From NCBI RefSeq assembly GCF_016127575.1, contig NZ_CP066018.1, forward strand, positions 2,010,001 to 2,042,000: DNA of 32,000 bases, given 5' to 3'. The notes beneath the pieces were generated by a model. That model was not told the origin of the DNA. It saw nothing but the letters and a program-made list of their open reading frames with translations, and did not search any database. The position numbers were made by a program, and so were the translations under genes. Below, one piece after another: positions 26,216 through 32,000 of the stretch. This DNA comes from Cupriavidus necator. GTDB taxonomy: Bacteria > Pseudomonadota > Gammaproteobacteria > Burkholderiales > Burkholderiaceae. Numbering within the stretch: position 1 is the first letter of the stretch; each line of letters begins with the position of its first letter.

Positions 26216-26719
26216 CTAGCGGTGATGGGCGAGCAGCGTATTGAGCGCGTCGCGCAGCGGCGAATCCGGCAGGCTGCGCGCCAGCTGGTCCAGATTGGCG
26301 AGTCCCGTGGGCGTCATGCGGCCACCGGTGCGCTGGCGTTGCACGGGCTCCACTTCCCAGTCCGCGTGGCGCGACACCTCCGGCTGCACCCGCACCCGGA
26401 TCGCGGTGATATGCGAGCCGCGCTGCTGCAGCCGTGCCAGCAGCGTCGGCACTACCTGGCGCACGCGGGCAGCGGCGGCGCCGTGCGCGGCCAGCAACAG
26501 CAGCACCTGGGCGCTCGGGTCGGTGGCGTCACGCTTGACCCCGGCCACGGCCAGGCCGTCGCGCATGCCGGCGGGCAGCAGTGCCAGCACCTCGGCCTCG
26601 AGCACCGACAGCTGGCGCGCGGTCTGCATCAGCGTCGAAACCGGGCCGGCCTTGGCCAGCCAGTCGTTGAGCGGCTTGGCGGCGGGGGTCTGCAGGGCGT
26701 GATGGGTGAAGCGGCGCAT
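26216..26719 (-). CDS. DUF721 domain protein (DciA-like putative replicative-helicase operator)
   Basis: 167 aa. The pattern 'L..LEAEVLALLP......AVAGVKRD.....VLLLLAAHGAAAARVRQVVPTLLARLQQ....ITAIRVRVQP' matches my recollection of the DUF721/DciA N-terminal fold consensus. It sits between lpxC and secA, as DUF721 genes do in other proteobacteria. This is recognised by pattern only and has not been aligned. Confidence 0.6.
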   Translation of the reverse strand: MRRFTHHALQTPAAKPLNDWLAKAGPVSTLMQTARQLSVLEAEVLALLPAGMRDGLAVAGVKRDATDPSAQVLLLLAAHGAAAARVRQVVPTLLARLQQRGSHITAIRVRVQPEVSRHADWEVEPVQRQRTGGRMTPTGLANLDQLARSLPDSPLRDALNTLLAHHR

Positions 26720-26725
26720 GCATGC

Positions 26726-26734
26726 ATTCTAGCA
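26726..26734 (-). promoter_or_regulatory. Extended -10 element TGcTAGAAT placed for a leaderless DUF721/DciA-like transcript
   Basis: The minus strand reads TGCTAGAAT-GCATGC-ATG. The A of the start codon (26719) is the 7th nt after the hexamer. There is no SD and no convincing -35. Confidence 0.35.
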
Positions 26735-26919
26735 AGGGGCGCGCTGGCCGCCTTGCCCGACTGTGGATTGAAGCTGCGGCGGCCGCCCCAAACTGTGGCC
26801 AATGGGCGCACGGGCAATCACGCGGGCAATCTGCGGACCACACGCGTGGCCGACATCCGGCAGGCTTGCCTGCCCTTGCGGGACGGGGCCAGGCGCGTTC
26901 CGGCCGTGACCCCGGCACA

Positions 26920-26928
26920 TGATAAACT
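26920..26928 (+). promoter_or_regulatory. Candidate extended -10 (TGaTAAACT) for secA
   Basis: Sequence TGATAAACT lies ~95 nt upstream of the secA ATG. No good -35. Confidence 0.25.
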
Positions 26929-27024
26929 CGGCGTTTTGCGCCAATCTATCCATTCCTCGCCCGGCCGCCGGAGCAGCCCGCATCCCTGGGGTGCCGCCCG
27001 GTTCCGCGCAGGTGAAAGCAATCG

Positions 27025-29802
<2,778 letters not shown>

Positions 29803-29871
29803 ACTGAGCCCGGCCGGGTACCCGGCATGACGTCGTTCCCGCTGTCTGGGGAGTGACGCGCAAGGAAACGA

Positions 29872-29900
29872 CATGCCCGCCCTCCGCGGGCATGTTCGTC
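29872..29900 (+). terminator. Hairpin downstream of secA (CATGCCCGC / GCGGGCATG, loop CCTCC) with a weak T-rich tail
   Basis: 9-bp stem at 29872-29894 followed by TTCGTCTG. It is preceded by two further palindromes at 29792-29810 and 29813-29826. Confidence 0.4.
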
Positions 29901-29965
29901 TGATGACAAGCAAGTTGCGAGCAGAAGCCGCAAGCAGATAACGCAAGCAGGAACGAGGAGTCCAC

Positions 29966-31192
29966 ATGCCCGTCAATCTTCCGCTGCCCCAGGCAGAGAA
30001 CCTGAAATCCGTCGCCGGCGTGGAGCTGGGCTGGGCCGAGGCGGGCATCCGCAAGGCCAACCGCAAGGACGTGCTGGTGGTGCGCGTGGCCGAAGGCAGC
30101 ACCGTGGCCGGCGTCTTCACCAGCAACCGCTTCTGCGCGGCGCCGGTGCAGGTCTGCCGCGAGCACCTGGCCGCTGGCAAGGGCATCCGCGCGCTGGTGG
30201 TCAACACCGGCAATGCCAACGCCGGCACCGGCGAACCGGGCCTGGCCAGTGCCCGCGCCAGCTGCGACGCGCTGGCAGCGCAACTGGGCATCGCCGCCGA
30301 GCAGGTGCTGCCGTTCTCGACCGGCGTGATCCTGGAGCCGCTGCCGGTCGACCGCCTGGTGGCCGGCCTGCCCGCCGCCATCGCCAACGCGAAGCCGGAC
30401 AACTGGCTGGCCGCCGCCGAAGCCATCATGACCACCGACACGCAGCCCAAGGCCGCGTCGCGCACGGTGCAGATCGACGGCAAGACCGTGACGCTGTCGG
30501 GCATCAGCAAGGGCGCCGGCATGATCCGCCCGAACATGGCGACCATGCTCGGCTTTATCGCCATGGACGCCGCCGTGGCCCAGCCGGTGCTGCAGGCGCT
30601 GGTCTCCTACGCCGCCGACCATTCGTTCAACAGCATCACCATCGACGGCGATACCTCGACCAACGACTCGTTCGTGCTGATCGCCACGGGCAAGTCCGGC
30701 GCCGTGGTCGAGCGCGCCGAAGGCCCGGCCTTCGAGGCGCTGCGCGACGCGGTGACCGCGCTGGCGCAGGAACTGGCGCAGATGATCGTGCGCGACGGCG
30801 AAGGCGCCACCAAGCTGATGACCATCCGCGTCGAAGGCGGCAAGGACGTGGCCGAGTGCCGCCAGATCGCCTATGCGGTGGCGCATTCGCCGCTGGTCAA
30901 GACCGCGTTCTATGCGTCGGACCCCAACCTGGGCCGCATCCTGGCCGCGGTCGGCTACGCCGGCGTCGATGACCTCGACGTCGGCCGCGTCAACCTGTGG
31001 CTGGACGATGTCTGGGTGGCCCGCGACGGCGGCCGCAACCCCGACTACCGCGAGGAAGACGGCCAGCGCGTGATGAAGCAGGCCGAGATCACCGTGCGCA
31101 TCGCGCTCGGCCGCGGCAAGGCCGAAGCGACGGTCTGGACCTGCGACCTGTCGCACGATTACGTGTCGATCAACGCCGACTACCGCTCCTGA
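29966..31192 (+). CDS. argJ: Bifunctional glutamate N-acetyltransferase / amino-acid acetyltransferase ArgJ
   Basis: 408 aa. Autoproteolysis site 'PNMATMLGF', '[10 protein letters not shown]' and the C-terminal '[10 protein letters not shown]' signature. AGGAG SD. Confidence 0.95.
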   Translation: MPVNLPLPQAENLKSVAGVELGWAEAGIRKANRKDVLVVRVAEGSTVAGVFTSNRFCAAPVQVCREHLAAGKGIRALVVNTGNANAGTGEPGLASARASCDALAAQLGIAAEQVLPFSTGVILEPLPVDRLVAGLPAAIANAKPDNWLAAAEAIMTTDTQPKAASRTVQIDGKTVTLSGISKGAGMIRPNMATMLGFIAMDAAVAQPVLQALVSYAADHSFNSITIDGDTSTNDSFVLIATGKSGAVVERAEGPAFEALRDAVTALAQELAQMIVRDGEGATKLMTIRVEGGKDVAECRQIAYAVAHSPLVKTAFYASDPNLGRILAAVGYAGVDDLDVGRVNLWLDDVWVARDGGRNPDYREEDGQRVMKQAEITVRIALGRGKAEATVWTCDLSHDYVSINADYRS

Positions 31193-31272
31193 GCTTTCCG
31201 TCCTTCCCGTGCATGCGGGAAGGGCATCGATTCCCCTGCCAGCCGATACCGCGCCCCTAGCGCGCCCCTGCC

Positions 31273-32000
31273 ATGTCTGACCTCGCCGCCCGCCTCGACA
31301 ACTTCCTTGCCCGACTCGAACAATGGCTGCCGCCGCAACTGAGCGACGCCGACTGGCAGGAGGCCGTGGCGTTCCGCTGGCGCAAGCGGCAGAGCCTGTT
31401 CGGCAATATCGGCTACCTGCAGCCGGTGCGCCAGCTGCCGCCGATCCACCTGGACGACCTGAAGAACATCGAGCGCCAGAAGGATGCCATCGTCGCCAAC
31501 ACGCGCCAGTTCGTGAGCAAGCTGCCGGCCAACAATGTGCTGCTGACCGGCGCGCGCGGCACCGGCAAGTCGTCGCTGATCAAGGCCTGCCTCAATGCCT
31601 TCGTCAGGGACGGGCTGCGGCTGGTTGAGGTGGACAAGGATGACCTGGGCGACCTCGGCGATATCGTCGAGCTCGTTGCGCAGCGCCCCGAGCGCTTCGT
31701 GATCTTCTGCGACGACCTGTCGTTCGAAGAGGGCGAGTCGGGCTACAAGTCGCTCAAGTCGGCGCTGGACGGCTCGGTGGCGGCGCAGTCGGACAACGTG
31801 CTGATCTACGCCACCTCCAACCGCCGGCACCTGCTGCCGGAGTACATGAAGGACAACGAGACCTACCGCCACACCGACGATGGCGAGATCCATCCCGGCG
31901 AAGTGGTGGAAGAGAAGATCTCGCTGTCCGAGCGCTTCGGGCTGTGGCTGTCGTTCTACCCGCCCAAGCAGGACGAATATCTGGCCATTGTCGGCCACTG
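31273..32000 (+). CDS. DUF815-type AAA/P-loop ATPase (5' portion; runs off the window end)
   Basis: Not in the ORF track because it has no stop in the window. My translation from the ATG at 31273 (first start after an in-frame TAG at 31258-31260) gives 'MSDLAARLDNFLARLEQWLP...LLTGARGTGKSSLIKA...FVIFCDDLSFEEGE...LIYATSNRRHLLPE'. It shows Walker A, Walker B and the sensor 'SNRRH', with strong GC3 bias. The 272-aa ORF on the opposite strand (31180-31998) is its shadow. Confidence 0.8.
   Translation, partial: MSDLAARLDNFLARLEQWLPPQLSDADWQEAVAFRWRKRQSLFGNIGYLQPVRQLPPIHLDDLKNIERQKDAIVANTRQFVSKLPANNVLLTGARGTGKSSLIKACLNAFVRDGLRLVEVDKDDLGDLGDIVELVAQRPERFVIFCDDLSFEEGESGYKSLKSALDGSVAAQSDNVLIYATSNRRHLLPEYMKDNETYRHTDDGEIHPGEVVEEKISLSERFGLWLSFYPPKQDEYLAIVGH

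Noticed and set aside
26945-26953. DnaA-box-like TCTATCCAT next to the DciA-like gene
   Set aside because: It only partially matches TTATCCACA and there is a single copy. It is not significant.

Overview
Visibly GC-rich chromosomal core region; third codon positions in the real frames are almost always G/C. It looks betaproteobacterial, probably Burkholderiaceae of the Cupriavidus/Ralstonia type, but that is my inference from gene content and is not verified. From about 6.4 to 24.1 kb there is a complete, colinear division/cell-wall (dcw) cluster on the + strand: mraZ-rsmH-ftsL-ftsI-murE-murF-mraY-murD-ftsW-murG-murC-ddl-ftsQ-ftsA-ftsZ. It is followed by a Prx5-type peroxiredoxin, lpxC, a divergent DUF721/DciA-like gene, secA, argJ and a 3'-truncated DUF815-type ATPase gene that the ORF track does not list. 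The left 6 kb carries fadD, a MarR regulator translationally coupled to a SlyB/Pcp-like glycine-zipper lipoprotein, an orphan Bug/TctC-family binding protein, a porin and coq7. I find no rRNA/tRNA, CRISPR array, transposase/integrase, phage gene or recognisable defence/toxin module. My honest reading is that this is an ordinary housekeeping region, not an accessory island, and I cannot support a claim of a novel protein-coding system here. The unexplained signal is non-coding. (1) A four-box, exactly 10-bp-phased GTG-box array overlaps a good sigma70 promoter upstream of mraZ and is probably the MraZ operator. (2) Four GGACTG motifs are clustered in a ~240-nt untranslated stretch between the ftsZ stop and its terminator. 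(3) The 9-mer CAGGGACTG (or the near-copy GGGGACTGA) recurs 19-47 nt upstream of the coq7, murD, murC and ftsZ starts. (4) Phased CGGAT direct repeats sit upstream of the peroxiredoxin promoter. (5) The DciA-like gene may be leaderless and driven by an extended -10. The many very long antisense and alternate-frame ORFs in the track are high-GC shadow ORFs.
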